Of a DNA stretch of 64,000 bases, positions 10,602 through 20,026 are shown one piece after another. The notes under the pieces are model-generated. The model was not told the DNA's origin. It ran no database searches and worked only from the letters and a program-made list of their open reading frames with translations. The position numbers were made by a program, and so were the translations under genes. Source of the DNA: Candidatus Eiseniibacteriota bacterium (lineage in GTDB: Bacteria > Eisenbacteria > RBG-16-71-46 > JABDJR01); assembly GCA_963783375.1 (NCBI GenBank), contig CAWANH010000029.1, positions 32,001-96,000 of the forward strand. Direction: 5' to 3'. Every line of letters begins with the position of its first letter. The stretch's first letter is position 1.

Positions 10602-10802
10602 AGGAAACAGAAAGGGCGGCCCCACCTGAGGCCCGGAGCCGCGTGCCGCTACTCGGGTAGATGTGGAGGGGAAGAGCAGGGGGCCGGCGTTTCCCTGGTA
10701 CCCACCCGAAAACGCCCCGAAAGTGCACACCAACCGGCCATCAGGATCCGGCCCCCTTTGCGCGCTCGAAGGGACGGTTCCCGGCCCCGGCGTTCTCGGG
10801 GC

Positions 10803-12728
10803 CTACCCGCTCCCACCCGTCCCGGACGCCTCGTCCCCGGCCTCCGGCCCGCGCCAGAGATCCTTCGTCATGGCCTCGGGGCCGGCGCGCCGAAGCGCGC
10901 GGCGTGCGGCACGGTCCAGGGTCCACCACGCCCACCCCGACCGCCACGCGGTGAGCGGACGACGGCGAAACCGTTCACGGTGATAGACGGATAGATTGTG
11001 CAGGAAGCCGGGATGGTCGGGACGGAGCCGCCGCGCCCGCTCGGTGGCCGCCACCGCCCGGTCGAGATCCCCCTCGTAGAACCGGGCCGCGCCGAGGTCG
11101 CACCAGAAGCGCGGGTTGTCCGGCTCCGCGGCCACCGCCCGCTCCAGCCACCGGCGGGCCGCGCCGGGGTCTCCCCCGCGGAGCGCGGCCACCCCCCGGA
11201 GGTAGTCGTGGCCGGGAAGGGGAAGCCAAGGGTCGATGTCGAGCGCCCGGCGGTAGTGTTCCAGCGCTCTGACCGGCTGTTCCTCCACCTCGAGATCGCC
11301 GAGGCCCCGGTGGCCGAGCGGGGAGCGCGGGTGGCGTTGGACCAGCACCTTGAACAGGCCCTCCGCCTCCACCCGCCGGCCGGAGCGCCGGAGGAGATCG
11401 CCGAGGGCGTATTCCAGGACGGGGAGCGGCCCGCAGACGCGAATGGCGTCCCGCAGCCGTCGCTCCGCCCGGTCGCGGCCCTCCCGCAGCTCGTCCAGGC
11501 GGGCCAGCATCTCGTGCGGAATGGGATCTCCGGGCCGGGCCTCCACCGCGTCGGTGAGGAGTCGGGCGGTGGTCTCGGGAGGAGCCAGCCGGAAGAGGCC
11601 GGGGCCGGCGGTGGCGAAAGCCGAGGGCGGCACCAGGGAAAGCGGCCCGTCGAAGACCGCCCGGTAGGCGTCGAGGGCCTCCTCGCCGCGGCCGAGCTGT
11701 TCGAGGGCCTGGCCCCGCGCGGCATGGAGGAGGGGATTGCGCGGACGCTCGGCCAGGCGCTCGGCCAGGAACGACTCGGCCTCCCCGGCCCGGCCGGTCC
11801 GGCGAAGCAGCGTGGCCAGGGCCACCGCGGCGGGGGCGTGTTCGGGGTCGCCGGTGAGGGCGCGCCGGAGCAGGGGCTCCCGCTCCGCGTCGTCCACCGC
11901 CTCTCCCGGCCGGATGGCCCGGGTGAACAGAACCTCCGGATTCTCGGGAAAGGCGGCGGCCAGGGCTCTCCAGGCGCGGACTCCCGACGCCTCTTCCTCC
12001 GCGGACTCGGCGAAGGCCTTCGAGGCCGCGCGGAGCCGGGTGGGGGCGGCCTCGGGCGGGGCGGAGCGGATCTCGTGGCGCCAGAGCCGGGCCACCGCCT
12101 GGACCCGCGGATGACGGGTGAGCCGCTCCAGCTCGTCCAGGGCCTCCTCCCGCCGTCCCGCTCCGGCCAGGGCCAGGGCGTGCTGGAGCCGGGTGGGAGC
12201 GTGGGACGGGGCGACCTCCAGGGCCTCGCCGCTCAGTCGTTCGGCCTCGGCCCAGTCTCCCTCCCGCGCCGCCAGAACCCCCAGCGCGACCAGGGCGGGG
12301 GCGGCGTGCGGATCCTCGTCCAGAACGCCCCGGGCCACCGCCCGGGTGAAGGTGGGGTTTCCCACCGCGAGGTAGCGCTCCAGGTCGGCGTACCGGGGCC
12401 AGACCCTCAGGAAGCGCTGGATATCCACGTCCGCGGCCATCTCGGGCTTCTCCCCTGCGGCCCGTTCCAGCGCGTGGGCCAGGCCCTCCAGGGAGGCGTG
12501 GCGCGCCTCGGTCTCCAGGAAGGGGGAGTCCGCACCCACCGGAACGTAGACCCGGCGAGGGAGCCGGAAATAATCCGAGGTTCCCGGGTCGAGCTCCAGG
12601 GAGTACCAGAGGGGTGGGGAATCGACCACGTCGTGCCTCGGGGGTGGGGTTTCGCCGGGGCCGGTCGAAGCGGCCCCCGGTCCCCGGCGACGTCGGTGAC
12701 GATCCGGCCCGGACGGCGCCGGAGCCAC
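10803..12728 (-). CDS. Tetratricopeptide repeat protein
   Basis: Many TPR-like units (ARGQALEQLGRGEEALDAYR, LGDLLRRSGRRVEAE, CDLGAARFYEGDLDRAV). Start uncertain. Confidence 0.82.
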   Translation of the reverse strand: MAPAPSGPDRHRRRRGPGAASTGPGETPPPRHDVVDSPPLWYSLELDPGTSDYFRLPRRVYVPVGADSPFLETEARHASLEGLAHALERAAGEKPEMAADVDIQRFLRVWPRYADLERYLAVGNPTFTRAVARGVLDEDPHAAPALVALGVLAAREGDWAEAERLSGEALEVAPSHAPTRLQHALALAGAGRREEALDELERLTRHPRVQAVARLWRHEIRSAPPEAAPTRLRAASKAFAESAEEEASGVRAWRALAAAFPENPEVLFTRAIRPGEAVDDAEREPLLRRALTGDPEHAPAAVALATLLRRTGRAGEAESFLAERLAERPRNPLLHAARGQALEQLGRGEEALDAYRAVFDGPLSLVPPSAFATAGPGLFRLAPPETTARLLTDAVEARPGDPIPHEMLARLDELREGRDRAERRLRDAIRVCGPLPVLEYALGDLLRRSGRRVEAEGLFKVLVQRHPRSPLGHRGLGDLEVEEQPVRALEHYRRALDIDPWLPLPGHDYLRGVAALRGGDPGAARRWLERAVAAEPDNPRFWCDLGAARFYEGDLDRAVAATERARRLRPDHPGFLHNLSVYHRERFRRRPLTAWRSGWAWWTLDRAARRALRRAGPEAMTKDLWRGPEAGDEASGTGGSG

Positions 12729-12826
12729 GGGCCCAGGATCGTCAAGAACGAGCCAGGGTTAGGCCAGCGAGTATATCGCGGCCCCCGGTCCCCCTCAACC
12801 GCGGCGCGTCCCGCCGGCCTTTCTTC

Positions 12827-12855
12827 TTGACAGCTAAGTTGTTGTCTCGTAAGGT
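12827..12855 (+). promoter_or_regulatory. Putative sigma70 promoter of the fol-pan operon
   Basis: TTGACA-N17-TAAGGT in an AT-rich patch about 30 nt before folB. Confidence 0.6.
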
Positions 12856-12887
12856 TTTTTGAATTCTGCCAGCGGGGAAGGGAAGGC

Positions 12888-13250
12888 TTGACCGTGGACC
12901 ACATCCGGCTCAACGATATCGTGCTGTTCGCGCACCTCGGGGTCACCGAGGCCGAGCGGGAAGTGGGCCAGCGGATCCATCTCGACCTCGATCTGGAGCT
13001 CGATCTGGGCGCGGCCTCGGGGTCCGACGTGCTGGTGGATACGGTCAGCTACGAGGCGGTGTACCGTTTGGTGGAGTCGGTGGTGGCGGTTTCACGACAC
13101 CGGCTTCTGGAGTCCCTGGCCGGCGCCCTCATCACGAAAGTCCTCGATGCGTTTCCGGCGGAGCGGGTGCGGGTCCGGGTGCGAAAGCCGAACGTGCCTT
13201 TCGCAGGGAATCTGGCTTCGGCGGAAGTGGAGATGATGCGAGAACGATGA
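12888..13250 (+). CDS. folB: Dihydroneopterin aldolase
   Basis: HLGV..AERxxGQ, DTVSY, LLESLA, VRKP motifs; directly upstream of folK. Confidence 0.93.
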   Translation: MTVDHIRLNDIVLFAHLGVTEAEREVGQRIHLDLDLELDLGAASGSDVLVDTVSYEAVYRLVESVVAVSRHRLLESLAGALITKVLDAFPAERVRVRVRKPNVPFAGNLASAEVEMMRER

Positions 13251-13744
13251 CCAAGGCATTCATCGGCCTGGGCTCGAACCTGGGCGATCGGGAGCGTTTT
13301 CTGCGCGAGGCGGTGGAGGCCATGGAGGGCATCCCCGAGACGGAAGTGGAGCGGGTGTCCTCGTTCTACGACTCCGATCCCCAGGGAGACCCGGCCCAGC
13401 CCGCCTACCTGAACGCGGTGGCGGGGGTGGAGACCGACCTCCCCCCCGACCGTCTGCTCTGGAATCTCCAGCTCATCGAGTTCCGGCTCGGCCGTCCCCG
13501 CGCGCGGCGGAACGGACCGCGCACCCTCGATCTGGATCTCCTGTTCTACGGAGACGAGGTGATCGACCGGACGGGTCTCACGGTGCCGCATCCGCGTTAC
13601 GCCGAACGTCCCTTCGTGCTGGTGCCCCTGGTGGAGCTGGAGCCGGGCCTGGTGGACCCCCGCACCGGGATCCGGGTGGACCGGCTTCTGCGTGATCGCC
13701 GGAACGTGGCCTCGGTCCGGTGGGTGGGTCGCTTCCGCCCATGA
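13247..13744 (+). CDS. folK: 2-amino-4-hydroxy-6-hydroxymethyldihydropteridine diphosphokinase
   Basis: IGLGSNLGDR, YLNAV, GPRTLDLDLL, VPHPR...RPFVLVPL. Confidence 0.96.
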   Translation: MTKAFIGLGSNLGDRERFLREAVEAMEGIPETEVERVSSFYDSDPQGDPAQPAYLNAVAGVETDLPPDRLLWNLQLIEFRLGRPRARRNGPRTLDLDLLFYGDEVIDRTGLTVPHPRYAERPFVLVPLVELEPGLVDPRTGIRVDRLLRDRRNVASVRWVGRFRP

Positions 13745-14400
13745 GCACCACGCGCGCCAAGCACTTCGTGGTCATCGAGGGGGTGATCGGGGTGGGCAAG
13801 AGCACCCTGGCCCAGTACCTCTCCGAAGCGTGGGACGCCACCCTGGTCATGGAGGAGGTGGAGGAGAACCCCTACCTGGAGGAGTTCTACCGGGACCGGC
13901 GGCGGTACGCCTTCCAGACCCAGATCACGTTCCTTCTCAGCCGCTACCAGCAGCAGCAGAAGCTCCTCCAGCGCGACATCTTCTCCCCGAAGGTGGTGAG
14001 CGATTACCTGTTCCAGAAGGACCGCATCTTCGCCAACGTGAACCTGAGCGACAAGGAACTGGGGCTTTACGAGAGGCTCTTTCCCATCCTGGAACGCGAC
14101 GTTCCCACCCCCGATCTCGTGGTCTATCTCCAGGCCACCGTGGAGACCCTGCTCGGACGTATCCAGAAACGCGGCCGGAGCTTCGAGCGCGACATGTCCC
14201 CCGAATATCTGGAGGCCCTGGCCGAGGCCTACAACTACTTCTTCTTCCACTACGACGCCGCCCCCCTCCTGGTGGTGGACACCAACTCGCTCGATTTCGT
14301 GAAGAACGCGGACCAGCGGGAGGACCTCCTGGCCCGGGTCGAGGAGCACCCCGGCGGGACGGTCTACTACCGGCCCCTGGGCGAGGGGGAGCCGGCGTGA
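13741..14400 (+). CDS. Deoxynucleoside kinase
   Basis: IEGVIGVGKST P-loop, ENPYLEEFY, FLLSR, RIQKRGRSFE; ATGA overlap with folK. Confidence 0.93.
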   Translation: MSTTRAKHFVVIEGVIGVGKSTLAQYLSEAWDATLVMEEVEENPYLEEFYRDRRRYAFQTQITFLLSRYQQQQKLLQRDIFSPKVVSDYLFQKDRIFANVNLSDKELGLYERLFPILERDVPTPDLVVYLQATVETLLGRIQKRGRSFERDMSPEYLEALAEAYNYFFFHYDAAPLLVVDTNSLDFVKNADQREDLLARVEEHPGGTVYYRPLGEGEPA

Positions 14401-14461
14401 GCCGCGGGTTGCTCGGGTCCCGGACCGCGCGGGAGCGACGTTCCGTGGAAGGCCCGCCGTC

Positions 14462-15262
14462 ATGAGCCGCCGGATGACCGCCCCCGATTTCCGGGCGAGC
14501 AAGGGCAAGCGCCGCCTGGCCTGCCTCACCGCCTACGACGTGCTCACCGCGGGGATTCTCGACGAGGCCGGGATCGATCTGATCCTGGTCGGCGATTCCA
14601 TGGGGAACGTGATCCTCGGCTACGAGACCACCCTCAAGGTCACCCTGGACGACGTGCTGAGCCACGCCGCCGCGGTGATGCGGGCCCGCCCCCGCGCGTT
14701 GGTGATCGCGGACATGCCGTACCTGACCTTCCACATCCATCCCGAGGAGACGCTCAGAAACGCCGGCCGGCTGATCCAGGAGGCGGGGGTCGACGGCGTC
14801 AAGCTTGAAGGCGGGCGTGAACGCGTGGATCACGTCCGCGCCCTCGTCCAGGCCGAGATCCCGGTCATGGGCCATCTGGGGCTCACCCCCCAGTCGGTGC
14901 TCAAGTTCGGCGGGTTCCGGGTGCAGGGCCGGACCGAGGACGCGGCGACCCGGCTGATCACCGACGCCAAGGCTCTCGAGGAGGCGGGGTGCTTCGCTCT
15001 GGTCCTGGAGGGCCTTCCCGGCCCCATCGCCGAGCGGCTGACCGGAGCGGTGGGCATCCCCACCATCGGGATCGGCGCCGGCGCGGGATGCGACGGGCAG
15101 ATCCTGGTGGTTTCGGATCTTCTGGGGATCCCCGCCTCGGTGCCCAAGTTCGTGCGCCGGTACGCGGATCTCCGCGGGGTGATGGGGGAAGCGGCGCGTC
15201 GCTACATCGAGGACGTCCAGGCCGGCCGCTTTCCGGGGACCGAGGAGACCTATTCGGAATGA
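14462..15262 (+). CDS. panB: 3-methyl-2-oxobutanoate hydroxymethyltransferase
   Basis: LTAYD, LVGDS, VKLEGG, GHLGLTPQS, TIGIGAG..CDGQILV. Confidence 0.97.
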   Translation: MSRRMTAPDFRASKGKRRLACLTAYDVLTAGILDEAGIDLILVGDSMGNVILGYETTLKVTLDDVLSHAAAVMRARPRALVIADMPYLTFHIHPEETLRNAGRLIQEAGVDGVKLEGGRERVDHVRALVQAEIPVMGHLGLTPQSVLKFGGFRVQGRTEDAATRLITDAKALEEAGCFALVLEGLPGPIAERLTGAVGIPTIGIGAGAGCDGQILVVSDLLGIPASVPKFVRRYADLRGVMGEAARRYIEDVQAGRFPGTEETYSE

Positions 15263-16137
15263 CCGTGGCCGGGCGCATGCGCGTGATTCGCTCCCCCGGT
15301 GCGGTGCGGCGGCAGGTCCGGACCTGGCGGGCCGCCGGCGATCGCATCGCGTTCGTACCCACCATGGGCTACTTCCACGAAGGGCACCTGAGCCTCTTCC
15401 GAAGGGCCCGGAGGCACGGCGGCCGGGTGGTGGCGAGCATCTTCGTCAACCCCGCCCAGTTCGGTCCCCGCGAAGACTTCCGCACCTATCCCCGGGACCT
15501 TTCCCGGGACCTCGATCTGGCCCGCGCCGAAGGGGTCGACCTCTGCTTCGTGCCCGAAGCCGAGCGCATGTATCCCGCCGGCCACCGCACCGAGGTTCAT
15601 GTAACCGGCTTCGAGGACGTGCTGGAGGGAGCCACCCGCCCCGGACACTTCGGTGGGGTGGCCCTGGTGGTCCTGAAGCTCCTCCACCTGGTGGAGCCCG
15701 ACGTCATGGTTCTGGGCCAGAAGGACGCCCAGCAGGCGGTGGTGCTGGAGAGGATGATCGCCGACCTCGATGTTCCGGTCCGGGTGGTGCGCGGGGCGAT
15801 CGTGCGCGAGCCCGACGGGCTGGCCATGTCGAGCCGCAATGTGTACCTCTCCCCGGAGGAGCGGCGGGCGGCCACCGTGCTCCGGCGCGCTCTCATCCGG
15901 GTGGTTCGCACGGCGGGGGAAGGGGAGCGCTCGGCGGCCCGGCTCCTGGCCCTGGTGCGGGAGGAGTTCGCCGGCGAGCCCCTGGCGCGCCTGGACTACG
16001 CCGCGGTGGTGGACGCCCGGAGCCTCGCCCCGGTGAAGCGTCTCGAGGGACGAACGCTCGTGCCCCTGGCCGCCTGGCTCGGCCGCACCCGCCTGATCGA
16101 CAACGTTGAGCTCGCGGCGCCGGGGGAGGGACGATGA
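15259..16137 (+). CDS. panC: Pantoate--beta-alanine ligase
   Basis: FVPTMGYFHEGHLSL, SIFVNPAQF, RPGHF, GQKDAQQ, GLAMSSRN, RLIDN; ATG 15259 overlaps the panB stop. Confidence 0.97.
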   Translation: MTVAGRMRVIRSPGAVRRQVRTWRAAGDRIAFVPTMGYFHEGHLSLFRRARRHGGRVVASIFVNPAQFGPREDFRTYPRDLSRDLDLARAEGVDLCFVPEAERMYPAGHRTEVHVTGFEDVLEGATRPGHFGGVALVVLKLLHLVEPDVMVLGQKDAQQAVVLERMIADLDVPVRVVRGAIVREPDGLAMSSRNVYLSPEERRAATVLRRALIRVVRTAGEGERSAARLLALVREEFAGEPLARLDYAAVVDARSLAPVKRLEGRTLVPLAAWLGRTRLIDNVELAAPGEGR

Positions 16138-16880
16138 GCCTCCGTCCGGGCACCGCCGCCCTGGTCCTCGCCGCGGGGAAGGGCACCCGCATGCGGTCGG
16201 ACCTGGCCAAGGTGCTCTTTCCCCTTCGGGGCCGCCCCCTCATCCGGTTCGTGCTGGATGCCGTGGCGGGGGCGGGCTTCGAGCGCACCGTGGTCATCGT
16301 CGGCCACCAGGCGGAACGGGTGCGGGAGGCGGTGGCCGGCCCCTCGATGCAGTTCGCGCTCCAGTCCGAGCAGCTGGGGACCGGGCATGCCGTGCAGTGC
16401 GCGGCCCCCCTTCTCGCCGGGTTCGAGGGCGACGTCGCGGTGCTGGCCGGGGACGCGCCGCTCATCCGATCGCGCACCCTCGGTGAGCTCATGGATCGTC
16501 ACCGGGAGTCGGGCGCCGCGGTCACCGTGCTCACTGCGCGCCTTCCCGACCCCGCCGGCTACGGCCGCATCGTACGGGATGCGTCGGGAGGCATCACCGC
16601 CATCGTCGAGGACAAGGACTGCACCCCGGCCCAGCGGAAGATCGACGAGATCAACTCCAGCATTTACGCTTTTCGCTGGCCGTACCTGGCCCGGGCCCTT
16701 CCCCACCTCCGGAACGAGAACCGGCAGGGGGAGTACTACCTTACCGACACGGTCGGGATGGCCTTCGTCGAGGGCCTGCGGGTCGAGGGGATCGTGGTCG
16801 GGGACCACCACGAGGTCGCCGGGATCAACACCCCCGATCAGCTGGCCGATGCCGAACGGATCCTGGAGGAACGAGCATGA
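16134..16880 (+). CDS. GlmU-like nucleotidyltransferase (uridyltransferase domain only)
   Basis: LAAGKGTRM, QLGTGHA, GYGRIVR, EINS, N.QGEYYLTD, GIN. Ends at 248 aa with no hexapeptide acetyltransferase domain. Confidence 0.88.
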   Translation: MSLRPGTAALVLAAGKGTRMRSDLAKVLFPLRGRPLIRFVLDAVAGAGFERTVVIVGHQAERVREAVAGPSMQFALQSEQLGTGHAVQCAAPLLAGFEGDVAVLAGDAPLIRSRTLGELMDRHRESGAAVTVLTARLPDPAGYGRIVRDASGGITAIVEDKDCTPAQRKIDEINSSIYAFRWPYLARALPHLRNENRQGEYYLTDTVGMAFVEGLRVEGIVVGDHHEVAGINTPDQLADAERILEERA

Positions 16881-16922
16881 GTGACCGGCTTGGGATGGTT
16901 CGCCGCGTCCGGGGGCGCCGTC

Positions 16923-17486
16923 ATGACTGACCGTCTGTGGGCGGGCTGGCGCATGCAGTACATTCGTGACGCGAACCGCCGTCGCGCGGACGCCGCCGGC
17001 GAAGCCGGGACGGCCGCCCCCTGCCTGTTCTGCGGCCTGGCCGGCCGCGAACCCGCGGTGGAGAACCTCGTGCTCGAAACCTACGAGCGGTCGTTCCTCA
17101 TGCTGAACGCCTTCCCCTATACCACCGGCCACATCATGGTGGCCTCCCGCCGCCACGACGATTCGCTCCTGGGCGAGGGAGCGGAGGAGCGGTCGGAGAT
17201 CATGGCCGCGGTGGAGCGGGCGCGCCGGGCGCTGGCCGCCGAGTACCGGCCCGACGGGTTCAACCTGGGGGTGAACCTGGGGCTCCCCGCGGGCGCCGGA
17301 GTGCCGGGGCATCTCCACTGGCACGTCGTGCCCCGCTGGACCGGGGACACCAACTTCATGCCCGCGTTGATGGAGACGCGGGTGATCCCCGAGGCGCTTC
17401 CGGACACCTATGCCCGGCTGGCCGGGGCGCTCTCGCGGATGGAGGCGGCGGGGCTTCGGGTGACGGGTCGCGGTCGTGCCTCGTAG
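16923..17486 (+). CDS. HIT family hydrolase (Ap4A phosphorylase/Fhit-like)
   Basis: LWA.WRMQYI, CLFC, NAFPY..GH, GAGVPGHLHWHVVPRW.GD.NFM. Alternative start 16881. Confidence 0.92.
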   Translation: MTDRLWAGWRMQYIRDANRRRADAAGEAGTAAPCLFCGLAGREPAVENLVLETYERSFLMLNAFPYTTGHIMVASRRHDDSLLGEGAEERSEIMAAVERARRALAAEYRPDGFNLGVNLGLPAGAGVPGHLHWHVVPRWTGDTNFMPALMETRVIPEALPDTYARLAGALSRMEAAGLRVTGRGRAS

Positions 17487-17895
17487 GCGTCGGCGGGCCA
17501 ATACCGTGACCCTGGTCGCGGTGCTCATCGTCGGCGCCGTGCTGGGCGCGGTGGCGTTGAGCGTCTTCCTCCGGGCCCGCGAACCCGGTGCGCCCCCGGC
17601 GGGGGCCCCCGATCTCCGGGTGGAGGTCCTGAACGGCTGCGGGATGGAGCGGGTGGCCGACCGGGTGGCCTCGTTGCTCCGGCGGGGGGGATTCCGGGTG
17701 GAGAACGTGGGAAACGCCGACCATTTCCACTACCGCCAGGACATCGTGGTGGCGCGGACGGTGAGCCGGGAGCGCGCGGAGATCCTGGGGCGGTGGCTGG
17801 ACGGGGCGGTGGTGGTGGAGCAGCGGATCCCCGGATATCCCTACGATGTCTCGGTGATCGTGGGAAAGCCCCACTCCCTGGTCTCGGAGCCCTGA
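17476..17895 (+). CDS. Membrane-anchored LytR C-terminal domain protein
   Basis: N-terminal TM, then VEVLNGCG...VGNAD...DVSVIVG. Confidence 0.85.
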   Translation: MPRRRRRANTVTLVAVLIVGAVLGAVALSVFLRAREPGAPPAGAPDLRVEVLNGCGMERVADRVASLLRRGGFRVENVGNADHFHYRQDIVVARTVSRERAEILGRWLDGAVVVEQRIPGYPYDVSVIVGKPHSLVSEP

Positions 17896-17932
17896 TTCCC
17901 GCGTTCCCCGCCCGTCCGCGACGGGCCGGCGG

Positions 17933-19765
17933 CTAGGACGTGCGGTAGTCCTCGATCTTCGCCTTCTTCCGGATGTCCCCCAACCAGGCGCTGTAGAACT
18001 GGTTCTGCTTCTGGGTGAGCAGGGTCTGCCGGAGCTGATCCTTCTGCTTGTCGAACTCGGCCCAGTCCACGTCCGGCCGCGCGTCCACCCGGAGGATCAC
18101 CCAGCCCCGGAGGGTCTTGATCGGTTCGCTCACCTGGCCCACCGGGAGGCCGAACGCGGCTCCCACCACCTCGGGATCCCGCCCCAGGCCGGGGACGCCG
18201 CTCTGTTGGGTGAACTCGGGCGATTCGGTCACTTGAAGGGATTCGGCCTGGGCGGCCTGGGCCAGATCCTCGCCCGATTTGATCTGCGCCTCGACGCGGT
18301 CGGCGACCGCCCTGGCCGCGGTGAGCCGGCGGTCGCGGAGGATGTCGTTCTTCACCCGGTCCTTGACCTCGTCCAGCGGGGCCACCCCGGCCGGCTTGGA
18401 GGAGGCGATCTGCACCACGTACCAGGCGTTGTTGGTGGCCAGGATCCGGCTCAGCGTTCCCACCGGGTTGTCGTGGGCGAAGGCGGTGATCTGGGGGATG
18501 GAGGCCAGGCCGGGGACGATCCCGGTCGGGGTCACGTCCTTGGCTTCCCGCACCTGGAGCCCGTGGTCCTCGGCCGCTTTGGCCAGGTCCGAGGACTGGG
18601 CCTCCTGGTGGACGGTCTCCAGCTGGTCCTGGACCGCGCTCACCGTGCTGTCCGAGGGGGCGATGCGCATGGCCAGATCGCGAATCTCGTAGGTGGGCTC
18701 GCTCTTCTCCTCCTTCGTGTCCACCAGCTGGACGATGTGGTAGAAGCTCCCGTCCTGGTAGGGCGCGCTCACGCCGCCCTTGTCCAGCCCTTGCACCGCC
18801 TGCCGCAGCGGCAGGGACATCTCGGCCGGAGTGAGAAAGCCCGCACTCAGGCCCCCTTTGTCGGCGTTGGGTCCCTGGGAGAAGGTCTGGGCCAGGATAT
18901 CGAAGGTGCTGTGCTCGACGTCGGATTCCCCCTCGCTCTTGGAACGCTCCGCAGCCCGGGCCTCGACGGCCAGGTCCCTCAGGTCCTGGAGGATGGAAGC
19001 GGAGTCGGCGGCGGTGGCCACCCGGGGCACGGTCACGTACTGGAGGTCCACCCGCTCGGGGACCCGGTAGTCGTCCTGATGGTCCTGGTACCAGGCGGCG
19101 ATTTCCTCGTCCGTGACGTTCGGATCGGCCTGGAATCGGGAAGCCTCAACCACCGTGTAGGTCACCTTGGCCTTCTGGCTCCGGTCGGCGTAGGCGTTCC
19201 GGAGCTCGTCGTCGGTCACCTTGACCGAGGCGGTGATGATCTCCTGCAGCTTCTGCAGCGGCAGGTCGCGTCGCACCAGGTTCTCGATCTGCACCAGGGT
19301 GTTTTCGGGGACCGAGGGGTCGTTCAGGAAGGACCGGTACGCGGCCATGTCGAACTGGCCCTGCTGGTTCCGGAAGCTCGGGTTCTGGGTGATGAAGGGG
19401 GGCGGGTTGTTGTAGAGGATCGAGCGCACCTCGCTGTCCTTGGCCCCGAGGTTCCGCTTCTCGGCCTGCTGCCGAAGGAGCTTCCGCGCCACGATGTTGC
19501 TCCAGGTCTGCTCCGCGATGATGAGTTCGTCGGAAGGCTGGAGATCCCGCCCGCCCTGGCGCGCGGATTCCCGGTTTTGCGCCAGCTCCTGCTGGTACTC
19601 CATCACGGTGATCGGTTCGCCGTTCACCATGCCCACGGAGCCCTGCGGGGCGTTGTGTCCTCCGAACTGGAGGTCGGCCCCCCAGACCAGGAAGATGAGG
19701 AGCACGAAACTGATGACGGTGATCCAGAGGATCACCTTGGTGTTGCGACGCAGAATGTCGAGCAT
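17933..19765 (-). CDS. ppiD: PpiD/SurA-type membrane-anchored periplasmic chaperone / parvulin PPIase
   Basis: MLDILRR + TM, VNGEPIT SurA_N domain, rotamase-like segments (KGGLSAGF, VSEPIKTLRGWVIL), C-terminal KKAKIEDYR. Confidence 0.85.
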   Translation of the reverse strand: MLDILRRNTKVILWITVISFVLLIFLVWGADLQFGGHNAPQGSVGMVNGEPITVMEYQQELAQNRESARQGGRDLQPSDELIIAEQTWSNIVARKLLRQQAEKRNLGAKDSEVRSILYNNPPPFITQNPSFRNQQGQFDMAAYRSFLNDPSVPENTLVQIENLVRRDLPLQKLQEIITASVKVTDDELRNAYADRSQKAKVTYTVVEASRFQADPNVTDEEIAAWYQDHQDDYRVPERVDLQYVTVPRVATAADSASILQDLRDLAVEARAAERSKSEGESDVEHSTFDILAQTFSQGPNADKGGLSAGFLTPAEMSLPLRQAVQGLDKGGVSAPYQDGSFYHIVQLVDTKEEKSEPTYEIRDLAMRIAPSDSTVSAVQDQLETVHQEAQSSDLAKAAEDHGLQVREAKDVTPTGIVPGLASIPQITAFAHDNPVGTLSRILATNNAWYVVQIASSKPAGVAPLDEVKDRVKNDILRDRRLTAARAVADRVEAQIKSGEDLAQAAQAESLQVTESPEFTQQSGVPGLGRDPEVVGAAFGLPVGQVSEPIKTLRGWVILRVDARPDVDWAEFDKQKDQLRQTLLTQKQNQFYSAWLGDIRKKAKIEDYRTS

Positions 19766-19878
19766 CGAGGGAACTCTCCTGTAGCTGGATGGCGCGTGAC
19801 CGGTCGCCACGGAATGACCGTTGGCGTCGGCGCCGCCGCCTCAGGCGAAGAACCCTGAGGCTAGAGACGGAGCCAAAA

Positions 19879-19907
19879 ACAATAGCAGACCCCGGGAGGG
19901 CGAACAA
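19879..19907 (-). promoter_or_regulatory. Putative sigma70 promoter of ppiD
   Basis: Minus strand TTGTTC-N17-TATTGT with extended -10 TG. Confidence 0.5.
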
Positions 19908-20026
19908 GAGCCTCCGGAGGGGCGGTCCGGAGGCCGGGAGGCCGAATCCAGCCCAGAAGGGCTTGCGCCCGCCCCCCCTTCCCCACGAAGATTGTCCCAC
20001 ACGTTCCCGGGAGGTCCGTTACCGGT

